Of a stretch of DNA of 64,000 bases, positions 11,001 to 21,021 are shown one piece after another. A program made the translations under genes and the position numbers. A model generated the notes under the pieces. The model worked only from the letters and a program-made list of their open reading frames with translations, had not been told where the DNA came from and searched no databases. Positions within the stretch are counted from its first letter, which is position 1; every line of letters begins with the position of its first letter. This stretch comes from an uncultured Planctomycetota bacterium (GTDB lineage: Bacteria > Planctomycetota > Planctomycetia > Gemmatales > Gemmataceae), in NCBI GenBank assembly GCA_963849325.1, contig CAWKHF010000006.1:768001-832000 (forward strand), in the 5' to 3' direction.

Positions 11001-12613
11001 TACTGCACGGTCACGGTCTGACTGGAGGCGGTGTTGAGGGTCACGTCCACGCCCACACTGCCATCGGTTTCGCCGACGTTGGTGGTGGGGCTGGCGAACT
11101 GGACCGTCATCGGCGTAACGCTGGCCGTGCCCGTGACCGTCGTTTGGCTGCCGCCCGCATCGGTGATGGCCGCGCTGATGGGGTAAGAGCCGACGGCGGC
11201 GTAGGTGTGATTGCCATAGATGTTGAAGAGGCTATCGTTGCCGTAGGGATCGTAGCCGCCCGAGAGGGTGCCCGGCGAAGTCTGTCCGTCGCCCCAGTTG
11301 ATCTGGACGGTGTAATCGCTGGCGGTGGCGAGGGGGTTGGCATCATCGAAGTAGCCGACCGGCCCGCTGTAGGGCAGGCCGGCGTACATCGAGAAGGTCT
11401 CGCCGGACTGCGGTGTCAGGACGGCGTTGCTGACGACGGCCGTGTCCGAGGCGGTGAAGATGCCGCCGGGTCCGCTGACGCTGACGGAGATGGGGTAGGT
11501 GCCTTCGTCGTCATAGGTCATGCTGTCAAACACAGAAATGGAATTGGTGGTGACCGTGGGATAGTCGGTCGTGGTTTGGCCGTTGCCCCAAGTGACGGTG
11601 GCGGTGTACTGGTCGTTGGGATTGCCGTCGGGATTGCCGAAAGAGGCCAGCGGCACGTCATAGTTGTAGGCCCCTTCGACGAAGTTGAAGGACGGCGACG
11701 GGTCGTCGGCCGGCGTCATGTCGTTGCCGGCGGGTCTGTCGGCGGTGGCAGCCGGCTGGTTCGGGCTGGCCATCGCATGAGGGGCGATCATCGTGGTCAG
11801 GGGAGCGGCGGGCGCTCCGTTCGGGACGGCCGCCGTCAGCGCCGGACCATTGAAGGCGCCGCGGATGCCCAGGGCGGTCAACTCGTTGGCGGCGCCGTTG
11901 CCTCCGCCTCCGCCGCCTCCACCACCGCCGCCCCCCAGCGAGCCGCCCGTCGAGGTGCCGCCCACCCCCGTGCCCATGCCGGTCAGGCTGTTCGCTCCAC
12001 CGGCAGCCGGCCCGTTCTTGGTCGGCGTGTCGGCGGAGTGATACTTGGGCTGCGCGCCGTTCGTCAACGCTGGATCGACCAGCGGATCCGCCGGGGCATG
12101 AGTCGCGGCAGCCCGCGCATCGAGACCGGAAGCATTCGTCTTGCCCACGTCGGAGGATGACGGCGGCTCGGCCGGCGCAAGTGTGTCCGTCTGAGCCAGG
12201 TAGCGGCTGGCGTCCACCGAGGAGGAGGGATGCGCTGCTGCGTGGAGGAAGAGGGCATCGGTCAGGGCGGCGTCTGGGTCGGCCGGCGTCCGACCGGCGC
12301 TCTCCGTCGTCGTGGCGGAATGGTCGTCCGCCGCCGGCGTGGGATGCGAGGGAGCGGTCCGAGCCGTATCGGCGACCTGAACCAGAGCGGTCTGGGCCAG
12401 TAACCCCTCCACGCCCATATTGGTCGGTGATTCGATCTCTTCCAACCGCTCCAGACAGAGGGCAGAGGAACGCGGGCGGCGGAGGCGCGGCAGCACTTCC
12501 CGGCCGCGCAGGACACGTGCGGGTTTGAGCCAAGCGAGCAAACTCTTCCAAGTCGTCGAGAGCCAAGCAGGCGGACAAACCTTGATGCGGAGAGGACGCT
12601 TCCACCGCAGCAT
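5089..12613 (-). CDS. Giant (~2500 aa) secreted/surface protein: LEPR-XLL-like leader, Calx-beta-like domain, many He_PIG (putative Ig) and PKD-like repeats, unique C-terminal domain; one frameshift at ~9607
   Basis: Joined ORFs 9311..12613 and 5089..9573. Repeats YSAxGLPxGLSINSSTGLISGT and TATIDWGDG; Calx-beta-like AGTDYQPVSGTLTFDPG. Restoring 2 nt at ~9607 gives LSAPADQ, like the other repeats (LTAPADQ, LAVPADQ). Confidence 0.85.
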
Positions 12614-12900
12614 GGGTGCGAATCCTTTGCAGACAAGCGAGTCGCGTCAACGGATGCGAGTAGGAGAACTCTTTGTTCCAGAATTCGTCCTATTGTAGCA
12701 GCCCGTGGATCGAGACGTAACGAAAAAAGTTAAAAAAAAGTAAGATTGTGAGGTCGCGTGCCGAAGTTGGTTCGGAGTGTAACCGATCCGGGCCCGCCTT
12801 GACGCCCAGTCGCAAAGCATCTACCATCGGCCGACCTCGGTGCCGGTAGACATCGAGATGCCGGAAGCATCGTTTCCTTCATCGAGAAGCGGGGTCGCTC

Positions 12901-14673
12901 ATGGAAGGGCAAAGATTGAGCGAATCGACGCAAGGGACGGAAACCACCTCTGCTCCGGCGGCCGGCGCGGCCTGGGCGAACCTGCGCCGCCTGGCGCTGC
13001 TGGTCCTCCTGGTCGTCGGGATACGGGCCTGGCAGATCAGCCACACCGAGGTCATCTCGCGCGACAGCATCAGTTACATCCGCATCGCCTGGCAGCTGGA
13101 GCATGGCGACTGGCGGCAAGTCCTGCCGCAATCGCCGCAGCACCCGGCGTATCCGTTGGCCGTCCTCGGCCTGTCGCGGATGGTGCATCCCTTCCTCCCC
13201 GAGAACCTGCCGGGAGCGTGGCAGCTCAGCGCCCAGCTCGCCAGCGCCCTGGCCAGCGTCCTGCTCGTCGTGCCGATGTTCTTCCTCGGACGCGAACTGT
13301 TCGACCGCCGCGCCGCCTTCTGGGCGTGCGTGCTGTTTCAGTGCCTGCCCACCAGCGGCAAGGTCATGGCCGATGGCCTCTCCGACACGCTCTTTCTGTT
13401 GTTCGCCTGCTGGGGCCTGTGGCTGGCGTGTGTCGCCCTGCGGCGCAGGTCGTCGGTCGTCTTCGCGCTGACGGGCCTGGCCGGCGGACTGGCCTACCTG
13501 ACGCGGCCGGAGGGGGCGCTGGTCCTCGGCGCTACTGGACTGGTGCTGCTCGCCCTGCAAGTCCGTCGCCAACGGCGCCGCCCGTGGCGGAGCGTCCTGG
13601 CCAACGGGGCCGCTCTGTCGGTGCCGGCGTTGGCCGTGATGGTGCCGTACATGGTCCTCATCGGCGGCATCACCGTGAAGAACACGCCCAACATCATGAT
13701 CGACAAGCCGCGGCCGGACGCCGACTGGGAAGGCCGGCTGCGTCCTCATGCGTCGAAAGACAAGGCGCTGCGGTCGCACGGCACGGCGGCCGGCTCGACG
13801 CTGCTGGCCATCTGGTGGGGCCCCGGCGATGCCGATTTTGAGAGTACCCTGAAACAGATCAAGGATCCGCGGGACTTGCCGAATGCCCAGCCGCCTTCGC
13901 ATTATCTGTGGGCGTTCAAGGCCCTTTACCTGGAGTTGTCCAAGGGGTTCTTCTACACGGCTTGGCTGCCGGCGCTGCTGGGACTGTGGTGGTTCCGCGA
14001 TCGCTTTCGGTTGCCCGGGACCTGGGTCCTGCTGCTGGTTTGCCTGCTCCTCGTCGCCTTGCTCTACCGCGTCGCCGAGAAGATGGGATACCTGTCCGAC
14101 CGCCATCTGCTCCTGGTCATCCTGTGCGGCTCGTACTGGGCCGCGGCGGCGACGGCTGCTCTCGGCGTCAAGCTGGCGCAGGGAGCGGCTCGCCTCCGGC
14201 CGACCCTGGCCGGCACACGATGGACGGATGGGCGGCTCTGGTCGCTGGGACTTCTGTTACTTTTGACCCTCGCCCCGCTACCGCGGACACTGCAACGACT
14301 GCACGCCGAACGAGCCGGCTTCCGATCCGTGGGTCAATGGCTGGCCGAGAACACCTGTCCCGGCGACTTCATTGAGGATCCCTTTTGCTGGAGCTATTAC
14401 TATGCCGGCCGTGTCTTCCTGGAGGGAGCGACCGGCCTTGCGGCCCAGCAACCGCCGTGTTTCTACGTGGTGCTGGAGCAGTCGAAGAACCGCCATCCGC
14501 ACCTGGTCTCCCTGTACATGGCGGTCGTCCACACGCTGCAACAGAAGGGATCGGAGATCATCCATCAGCGCGAAGTGCTGCGCGGCAAGGACAAGGTCCA
14601 AATCCTCGTGTGGAAGGTGCCGGGTCCGTATCAATGGGCGCCGCTACCGGCCCTGCCGAGTCAAAGTCGTTGA
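12901..14673 (+). CDS. GT-C fold membrane glycosyltransferase (ArnT/PMT-like, family 39-like)
   Basis: Many TM helices; N-terminal RDSISY...HPAYP loop; LAYLTRPEG motif. Confidence 0.7.
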   Translation: MEGQRLSESTQGTETTSAPAAGAAWANLRRLALLVLLVVGIRAWQISHTEVISRDSISYIRIAWQLEHGDWRQVLPQSPQHPAYPLAVLGLSRMVHPFLPENLPGAWQLSAQLASALASVLLVVPMFFLGRELFDRRAAFWACVLFQCLPTSGKVMADGLSDTLFLLFACWGLWLACVALRRRSSVVFALTGLAGGLAYLTRPEGALVLGATGLVLLALQVRRQRRRPWRSVLANGAALSVPALAVMVPYMVLIGGITVKNTPNIMIDKPRPDADWEGRLRPHASKDKALRSHGTAAGSTLLAIWWGPGDADFESTLKQIKDPRDLPNAQPPSHYLWAFKALYLELSKGFFYTAWLPALLGLWWFRDRFRLPGTWVLLLVCLLLVALLYRVAEKMGYLSDRHLLLVILCGSYWAAAATAALGVKLAQGAARLRPTLAGTRWTDGRLWSLGLLLLLTLAPLPRTLQRLHAERAGFRSVGQWLAENTCPGDFIEDPFCWSYYYAGRVFLEGATGLAAQQPPCFYVVLEQSKNRHPHLVSLYMAVVHTLQQKGSEIIHQREVLRGKDKVQILVWKVPGPYQWAPLPALPSQSR

Positions 14674-14751
14674 TCGGCGACGGTTGCCATTCGGTGCATC
14701 GACAATCTCATTCGGTTCCGGGAAGCCCTTCGCCGTCGTGTTCTTCCGGCG

Positions 14752-15081
14752 TTATTCACTCAACGCCTCAACCAGCGCCCTCAATTTTTTCATGCCGCCG
14801 ACCTCGTTGGCCCAGGATTTGATCTTCAAGATCGTGGACAACGCATCGGCATTGCCGGTGCCGGTGGATGCGGCGAACTTGGCGACCATCTTTCGGGCCT
14901 TGTTCCGGTGAGCCTGCCTGCCCAGCATTTTTCCCTTCACGAGATAGTACAGCTTCTCACTCACCTTGATGCCTTTGGCTCCCAAGGTGGAACAGACCTC
15001 TTTGGCAGTGATCTTCGGGTTCGCCTTCAGCAGTTGCCGGATTTCTTCACTCTTGTTGACGCCGTTTTTCTGCTTGGCCAT
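14752..15081 (-). CDS. Small Lys-rich putative DNA-binding protein of a planctomycete-type family
   Basis: NKSEEIRQLLKANPKITAKEV...GIKVS...VGGMKKLRALVEAL; very basic, about 109 aa. Confidence 0.65.
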   Translation of the reverse strand: MAKQKNGVNKSEEIRQLLKANPKITAKEVCSTLGAKGIKVSEKLYYLVKGKMLGRQAHRNKARKMVAKFAASTGTGNADALSTILKIKSWANEVGGMKKLRALVEALSE

Positions 15082-15195
15082 GAAACGCACTCCCGTAAAG
15101 GTAAAAGAATCCTCTCTGTGCAGTTTGTAGGATTGTTCTTGGTGTAGTCAACAGCCGAACTGGGGAAACCCTTCCCTCCGGAAAGTAGCGGATGT

Positions 15196-15550
15196 TCAGA
15201 GCATTTCCCTGAAACGAATGCGTCGAAACTCAAAGCGGCCATATTCGGACTGAAGCCCCATCGCGCCGGTTGCCGGAACCTTCATGGGCTTGCCGATGAG
15301 TTCTCCATTGCACTTGCAGATGGCCTCGGTCCCCTTCACGGTAATTTCGATCTCGTTCCAGTCGCCCGGCTTGAACTTGTTGAGCTTCTTGAAAACGCCG
15401 GTCCGTCCACCCTCGGTCACGGCATCCAGTTGCAGTTGCGGCCCTCGAATGGAAATGCCGCTGTTGTTCTTGGGCTTGTCCGTGGTGGTGCGGAACTCCA
15501 GCCTGAACGGAAAGTCCTTGTTGTACTCCTTGGCGGTGTACAGGGCCATG
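15196..15550 (-). pseudogene. C-terminal fragment of a DUF1080 (3-keto-disaccharide hydrolase-like) protein
   Basis: LYTAKEY..F.FRLEFR, NSGI, GDWNEIEITVKG, GLQSE, FEFRRIRFRE; the N-terminal half is missing. Confidence 0.7.
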
Positions 15551-15700
15551 AAAGGAGTGGTCGGCCGTGAAGATTTTCGTCTGCGCTTTCGGCAGACACA
15601 AGCCAGGGCGGCGGAGCATGAGAACGGCGGTAGCTGCTGCCGCTTCGGTGCCTTTCTCGTTGACCTCCACAAACGCCTTGTGGACGACCTCGGAAATCTG
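15551..15700 (-). pseudogene. Serpin reactive-centre-loop fragment
   Basis: QISEVVHKAFVEVNEKGTEAAAATAV...IFTADHSF (serpin hinge and F.ADHPF signature) inside ORF 15230..15979; rest of the serpin is absent. Confidence 0.75.
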
Positions 15701-15832
15701 GCGCTGCCGATGAGGGAGGTCAGAAGGAGCCACGGAGAGAACAGAGAACCGAGACCCTTGCCTATCCTCCCCGCTGCGGCGACAATGCCGGCAGTTCTCG
15801 CCCCGGACCTTCACGCATAAGGAGAACCCGCC

Positions 15833-16426
15833 ATGCGTCCGCTCGCACGTCTCTTCCTCGCTGGCCCGATCGTGGCCCTGGTGTCCCTCGCCAGTCCGTT
15901 TCCGCTCGCCGCCCGCGACGACACGCCGAAAGTCCAGGTCGGACAGCCGGCCCCGCCCATCGAGCTGCCCGCCACCCAAATTCAGAAGTATTTCCCGGAG
16001 GCCAAGGACAAGAAGACGCTCAAGCTCGCCGACTTCTCAAGAGGTATAAATGCAAAGAACGTCGTCCTCTTCTTCTATCCCAAGGCCATGACCCCCGGCT
16101 GCACGCGCGAATCCTGCAAGTTCCGCGATCTGAACAAGGAGTTCGCCAAGCTCGACACCGTGGTCCTCGGCATCAGCACCGACAAGCTGGAGGCGCAAAA
16201 ACAGTTCACGGAGAAGGAAAGTCTCAATTTCCCGCTGTTCGCCGACGCCGACAAGAAGATCGCCAAGGCCTACGGCGTCCTCAACTCGGAACGCGGCTTC
16301 GCCAAGCGGGCCACCTTCGTCATCGACAAGAAGGGCATCGTCCGCAAGATTTATCCGGCGGCCAACGCGGACAAGAACCCCGAGGAGGTGCTGACCTGGA
16401 TCAAGGAAAACCTCAAGGAGAAATGA
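15833..16426 (+). CDS. bcp: Peroxiredoxin, BCP/PrxQ family, with signal peptide
   Basis: FFYPKAMTPGCTRESC motif; AGGAG RBS; hydrophobic N-terminus. Confidence 0.85.
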   Translation: MRPLARLFLAGPIVALVSLASPFPLAARDDTPKVQVGQPAPPIELPATQIQKYFPEAKDKKTLKLADFSRGINAKNVVLFFYPKAMTPGCTRESCKFRDLNKEFAKLDTVVLGISTDKLEAQKQFTEKESLNFPLFADADKKIAKAYGVLNSERGFAKRATFVIDKKGIVRKIYPAANADKNPEEVLTWIKENLKEK

Positions 16427-16452
16427 GCAAGGCTTGAACGGCGACCGTTGAC

Positions 16453-16529
16453 TGTCCGAGCCTGAAGCGTAAGCGAAGAGACGGCAACCGAAGGTTGCCG
16501 TCTCTTCGCTTACGCTTCAGGCTCGGACA
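16453..16529. repeat. REP-like palindrome, family A (37-bp perfect stem) between convergent genes
   Basis: TGTCCGAGCCTGAAGCGTAAGCGAAG...CTTCGCTTACGCTTCAGGCTCGGACA. Confidence 0.9.
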
Positions 16530-16536
16530 AGTCGGC

Positions 16537-18720
16537 TCAGAACGGCAGCGTCATATCGAACTGGAACACGGCCATCTCATACTCGAACTCGGCGAACATC
16601 AGGTTGGCGAAGGCGTTCAACCGTCCCGTCGGCGACGCGAAGGCGGACAGCGCGAAGACGTATTGCGACGTCAGCAGGTTGGTCAGGGCGTTCTCCATGG
16701 TGTTGAACTGCACGTTGACGGTGCTGGTATCGGCCTGATACATGGGAATGAGCGGCGGGATGGCCGGCTTGCCGGCCACGTTCACGCCCGTCTGCACCGT
16801 GACCGAGGCGCCGCCGACGTCCGTGATGACCACCCGCACGACAAAGCTGCCGCTGGTGGCGTAGCTGAACGGGTTGCTGCCGTAGACGCCGAAGGTGTTG
16901 TTGCCCAGCGCCACGATGGTGCCGGTGGAGCTGCCGAACGCTCCGCCCGCCTGCTCGAAGAAGACCGTCGCCGTGTAGTTGCTCGGACTTTCCGGCGTCG
17001 TATCGGTGTCCTGGAAGGTCGCCACCAGGGCGTTGGCCAGGAACGATCCCGTCGCGGAGGTAAGGGGAGGCTGCGGCGAGGCGACCAACGGTGCGTCGGC
17101 CACGTTGATCGGGCCGCTGACCGTGCGCGATTTGCCTTGCCCCGGCTGGGATACGTTGACGGTGAGCGTGTAATTGCCCTCTTCCGAGTAGGTGTGACTG
17201 CCCAGGACCGTGTAGTTTTCCCCTCCGGAATTCACGACCGTACCGGCGGAACTGCTGCCATCGCCCCAGTAGATGGTGGCCGCGTAAGTGCCCGTGGCGT
17301 TGCTCTGGCCGTGGAAGACCGCCACGGGCACGTTCGTCAAGGGCTGTCCTTCCGTGGCGTTGTGCAGCGTGATCGAGACGTTCAGGCCGATCAGGTCGGG
17401 GATGAGCAGGTTGGCGGCCGGACTGCCCAGCCCGGTGACTTCATCGTAGCCCGGACCAGCCGAGAAGGCGCCGTTGTTGCCCGTGGTGATGTCGTGGAAA
17501 TCGCCGGGGTTCGATTGATACAGTTCGTAGAGGTCGGGGAGGGTCTGGGTGGCGCCATCCAGGGTGGTTCCCCCATTCTGAACCAAACCCTCGTCGGCGA
17601 TGGAGATGAGGGCAGCCCAGCTGGGCGACGCCAGGCTCGTTCCGCCGATGATGTTCCAGGGCGTGGCGGCGCCGTTGGTGAAGGAGTCGTAAACCCACAC
17701 ACCGGTATTGGGATCGGCGAGGAAAGCGACGTCCGGGATCGTCCGCTTGCCGGTCTTCTGTACGCTCTCCTGGTAGGCCGGTTCGTTCTCGAACTGGCTG
17801 ATGCCGCCGCCGCTGCCGCCCAGCGTTGAACTCTGCGCACCGTTCCCCCAGCCCGTTTCGCTTTTGTAGGTGTTGTTGGGGTTGAGCGTCAGGGCCGTGC
17901 CGCCGACCGCGATGACATTGGGAGAGTAGGCCGGGTAGCCTCCGGGAGAGCCGTTATCGCCGGTCGAGGCCAGGAACGTCACGGGGTTGTGGCCAGGCGG
18001 TGTCTGGAACGTCGTATCACTACCTTGTTCCCCGGCGAATTCGTTGCCGCCAAAGCTCATGGACACCACGGACACGCCGGGGGTGCCGGCGGCGGTGGCG
18101 ACGGCCGCGTACAGATTGGCGTTGCTGGCGTCGTTGGCCTCGAAGAGGATGATGTTGGCTCCGGGGGCGAGAGAGTGCGCCCATTCCACATCCAGAGCCT
18201 CCTCCCCTTCCCAACCTTTGGCCGGATCGGGGCCGGGCAGCGCACCCGTGCCGGTCTGACCCAGCTTGAGGAAACTGGGCGGATCGGGCAGGCCGTACTG
18301 CACGTCAAATTGGTGCAGGTCGCTGGTGTTGAAGGCGGGGTTGGTGCTGTCGAGCAAGTTGGGATCGTCGTAGGCATCCACGAGGGCGATGGTCTGGCCG
18401 GCGCCGTCGCCGATAATGCCGAAGAGTTGGTCGATCCCGTAGGCCGTTTGCACCTGCTGGGGACTGAAGCCCACCGGCCCCGTCGGGGTCGGGAACTGAA
18501 AGGGCTGATTGCCCGACGGGTGATAGACCACGTAGTCCGGGGTAGCGACCGACGGATCCACGCTCGGCAGCGTCGCGCTCAGCAGGGTCCGGTCCTCCAG
18601 CGCTTCCAACCTCAGGCGCGGAGGGCGATAGGATCCGCGCCTTGGCCGGGGAAGCCGCCGGGGCTGTCGAGACGAGGGGAACGTCCGCTGGAGCCAATTT
18701 CGCCAGAAAAGAATAAACAT
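16537..18720 (-). CDS. S53 (sedolisin/kumamolisin-like) peptidase with LEPR-XLL leader and PKD-like domain
   Basis: LEALEDRTLLS; EEALDVE; ASTGDNG; IPDVA; GGTSLASP; GYDEVTGLGSP. Confidence 0.9.
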   Translation of the reverse strand: MFILFWRNWLQRTFPSSRQPRRLPRPRRGSYRPPRLRLEALEDRTLLSATLPSVDPSVATPDYVVYHPSGNQPFQFPTPTGPVGFSPQQVQTAYGIDQLFGIIGDGAGQTIALVDAYDDPNLLDSTNPAFNTSDLHQFDVQYGLPDPPSFLKLGQTGTGALPGPDPAKGWEGEEALDVEWAHSLAPGANIILFEANDASNANLYAAVATAAGTPGVSVVSMSFGGNEFAGEQGSDTTFQTPPGHNPVTFLASTGDNGSPGGYPAYSPNVIAVGGTALTLNPNNTYKSETGWGNGAQSSTLGGSGGGISQFENEPAYQESVQKTGKRTIPDVAFLADPNTGVWVYDSFTNGAATPWNIIGGTSLASPSWAALISIADEGLVQNGGTTLDGATQTLPDLYELYQSNPGDFHDITTGNNGAFSAGPGYDEVTGLGSPAANLLIPDLIGLNVSITLHNATEGQPLTNVPVAVFHGQSNATGTYAATIYWGDGSSSAGTVVNSGGENYTVLGSHTYSEEGNYTLTVNVSQPGQGKSRTVSGPINVADAPLVASPQPPLTSATGSFLANALVATFQDTDTTPESPSNYTATVFFEQAGGAFGSSTGTIVALGNNTFGVYGSNPFSYATSGSFVVRVVITDVGGASVTVQTGVNVAGKPAIPPLIPMYQADTSTVNVQFNTMENALTNLLTSQYVFALSAFASPTGRLNAFANLMFAEFEYEMAVFQFDMTLPF

Positions 18721-19247
18721 AGGTGCAATCGCTTCGCTGCGGGGCCATCATCGGGTCGATGCGATGGGTGCGACGCCGCACTCGATCGGGATGCGCGATG
18801 GCCCGCGTCGGCCATCGGCGTCAAGTCTATCGCATGGGTGAGGGAACCGTATAGCAGAACAGAGAGACTTCCTGCTCACTCGGGGTCCGGAAGCGCTGCC
18901 CGGACGGAACAATCTACGCGGGTGCTATTCCCGGCAGAAAAAGCAGTGTGGTTCGCCCCTTCCTTCTCTCCGATGATGATGGAAGGTTTCGCGGAGGTTG
19001 TCAAGCAGTTCCTGGCGGAAAACAAGCCGTCGGCGCATTGAAGCGGGAGAATGAGTTGGCTGGGAAATTTGGGCAGATCGTGCGGCATGGAAGGACAGCA
19101 TGGGCGGAGCGCGTTTCAACGGTTTTCCCTGAACTTCGCCGTCTAGGGATTCCGATGGCTTTATGGAAGAGGGGAGTCCGCCTCGCCGCGAGGCCGCACC
19201 GATGACGTCCGAGGCGATGGATCACGCCGGGCACAAGGCAGGTCGCG

Positions 19248-20448
19248 ATGAGAAGAAAATTTCTGACCGCCCTTCTGGCCGGACTGGCCCTGGCCGGCCC
19301 GGTCTGGGCGGACGAGGAGCCGGACAGCACCATGCGCGTCTGGCTGGACGCCGACTACTTGCTGTGGGCGATCAAGAACTTTCCCGTCTCGCAACCGCTC
19401 GTGACGACCGCCACGGGACTGGCCACCACGGCCAACGAGGGCGCCCTCGGCACTTCGACCACGCGGGTCCTCGCCGGCGACGACAACATCAACCAGGGGT
19501 TTTTCAGTGGCTACCGCTTCAGCGCCGGTTGGATCAACTTACCCGGCACCTTCGGCCTGGAGGGCAACTTCTTCAACCTGACGCAACATGCCACGGCGGA
19601 CAGCTTCGCCTCCGGCGCCACCGGCTCGCCGCTGCTGTCGCGGCCGCTCTTCGAACGTCCGCAGCCAGACGCAGACGGTGCAGTTGGTATCGGCCCCCAA
19701 CGCCTTCGCCGGTTCGGTCACGATCGGCACCTCCTCCGAGCTGTGGGGCGCCGACGTCAACGCCCTGTGGCCGGTGCTGCGCGGTGGCAGCGATGACGAT
19801 GTCGTTCGCTATTTCAGCTTGCTGGCGGGCGGCCGTTACCTCAACCTGCGCGAGGACCTGACCGTCGGCCAGTCCGGCAATGTCCTGGGCACCGGCATCG
19901 CCTTCTTCGACGGCCAACCCCTGACCGCCGGCGGCAGCCTGCTCATCACCGACGATTTCCACACGCTCAATCAGTTCTACGGCGGACAGGTTGGCGCCCA
20001 GGCCGGCCTGGTGTGGTGGCGCTTCACCCTCCGCGCCACCGGCAAGATCGCGCTGGGTTCGATGCGCGAAGAAGCGATCGTGTCCGGCAGTACGTCGGCG
20101 ACCAGTCCCTTGATCGGTTCGCAGACGGTCAACGGCGGCGTGCTCGCCGCGCCGAGCAACATCGGCACCTACGCGCGTGGCGTACTGGCCTTTCTGCCGG
20201 AGGGCAATCTGAATTGCAGCCTGGAGATCACGCCGCAGATCCGCTTGACGCTCGGCTACACGTTTCTGTACGTCAGCAATGTGGCCCGGCCCGGCGAGCT
20301 GATCGACCTCGGCGTCAATCGCACCAACTTGCCGTCGTCGCAGACGTTCAACCCCGCCGCTGGCGGCCCGCAGCGACCCGGCTTCTCCTTTCAGGGCACC
20401 GATTTCTGGGCCCAGGGCATCAACGCCGGCATCTGGCTGCGCTTCTAA
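19248..20448 (+). CDS. Planctomycete outer-membrane beta-barrel protein (BBP7-like); frameshift ~19655
   Basis: Signal peptide, WLDADYLLW..PLVTT, NQFYGGQVG, LGYTFLYVSNVARPG, C-terminal GIWLRF; split over ORFs 19248..19796 and 19588..20448. Confidence 0.75.
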
Positions 20449-20455
20449 TCCATAA

Positions 20456-20548
20456 TCTATCGAAATACTCGTTTAGCCGCGACGCGCAGCGGAGCGCGGG
20501 CTGCCCGCGCTCCGCTGCGCGTCGCGGCTAAACGAGTATTTCGATAGA
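20456..20548. repeat. REP-like palindrome, family B, with extended stem
   Basis: TTTAGCCGCGACGCGCAGCGGAGCGCG...CGCGCTCCGCTGCGCGTCGCGGCTAAAC; also at 43591 and 45239. Confidence 0.9.
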
Positions 20549-20573
20549 ACAAGATAACCGCTAAAATAGCGGC

Positions 20574-20999
20574 ATGGACAACTACGATCCGCGTTACCTG
20601 GCCGGCATTCGCTTCTTCAACGAGCAGGACTTTTTTGAGGCCCACGAAGTCTGGGAAGACCTGTGGTCCGAGAGCCACGGCGCCGAGCGTCGCTTCTACC
20701 AGGGCTTGATCCAGGCGGCCGTCGGTCTGTTCCATTTCGGCGGCGGCAACCTCGGCGGGGCGGTGAAGTTATACCGATCCAGCTACGACTACATGAAAGG
20801 CTGCGGATCGCCGTTTCTCGGTCTGGACGTCGAGGACTTCTGGCGGCAGATGGGACAGTGTTTCGAGCCGCTGTTGAGCACATCCGCGCCGGATCGGGAC
20901 CTGCGACCGGCGCCGGAGCGGATGCCGGTCCTCACGCTCGACCCGCCGCCGTCGGCCTGGCCGGACCCCGCGGATTATGTCCACGACGACGACGAATGA
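20574..20999 (+). CDS. DUF309 family protein
   Basis: FNEQDFFEAHEVWEDLW...YQGLIQAAVG. Confidence 0.85.
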   Translation: MDNYDPRYLAGIRFFNEQDFFEAHEVWEDLWSESHGAERRFYQGLIQAAVGLFHFGGGNLGGAVKLYRSSYDYMKGCGSPFLGLDVEDFWRQMGQCFEPLLSTSAPDRDLRPAPERMPVLTLDPPPSAWPDPADYVHDDDE

Positions 21000-21021
21000 C
21001 GATGCGCAAAGGCGGCCCTCC

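Noticed and set aside
371-12160. Long plus-strand ORFs (371..1201, 1292..2674, 6406..7650, 8542..9639, 10403..12160)
   Set aside because: Arg/His-rich antisense shadows of the GC-rich minus-strand Ig-repeat genes.
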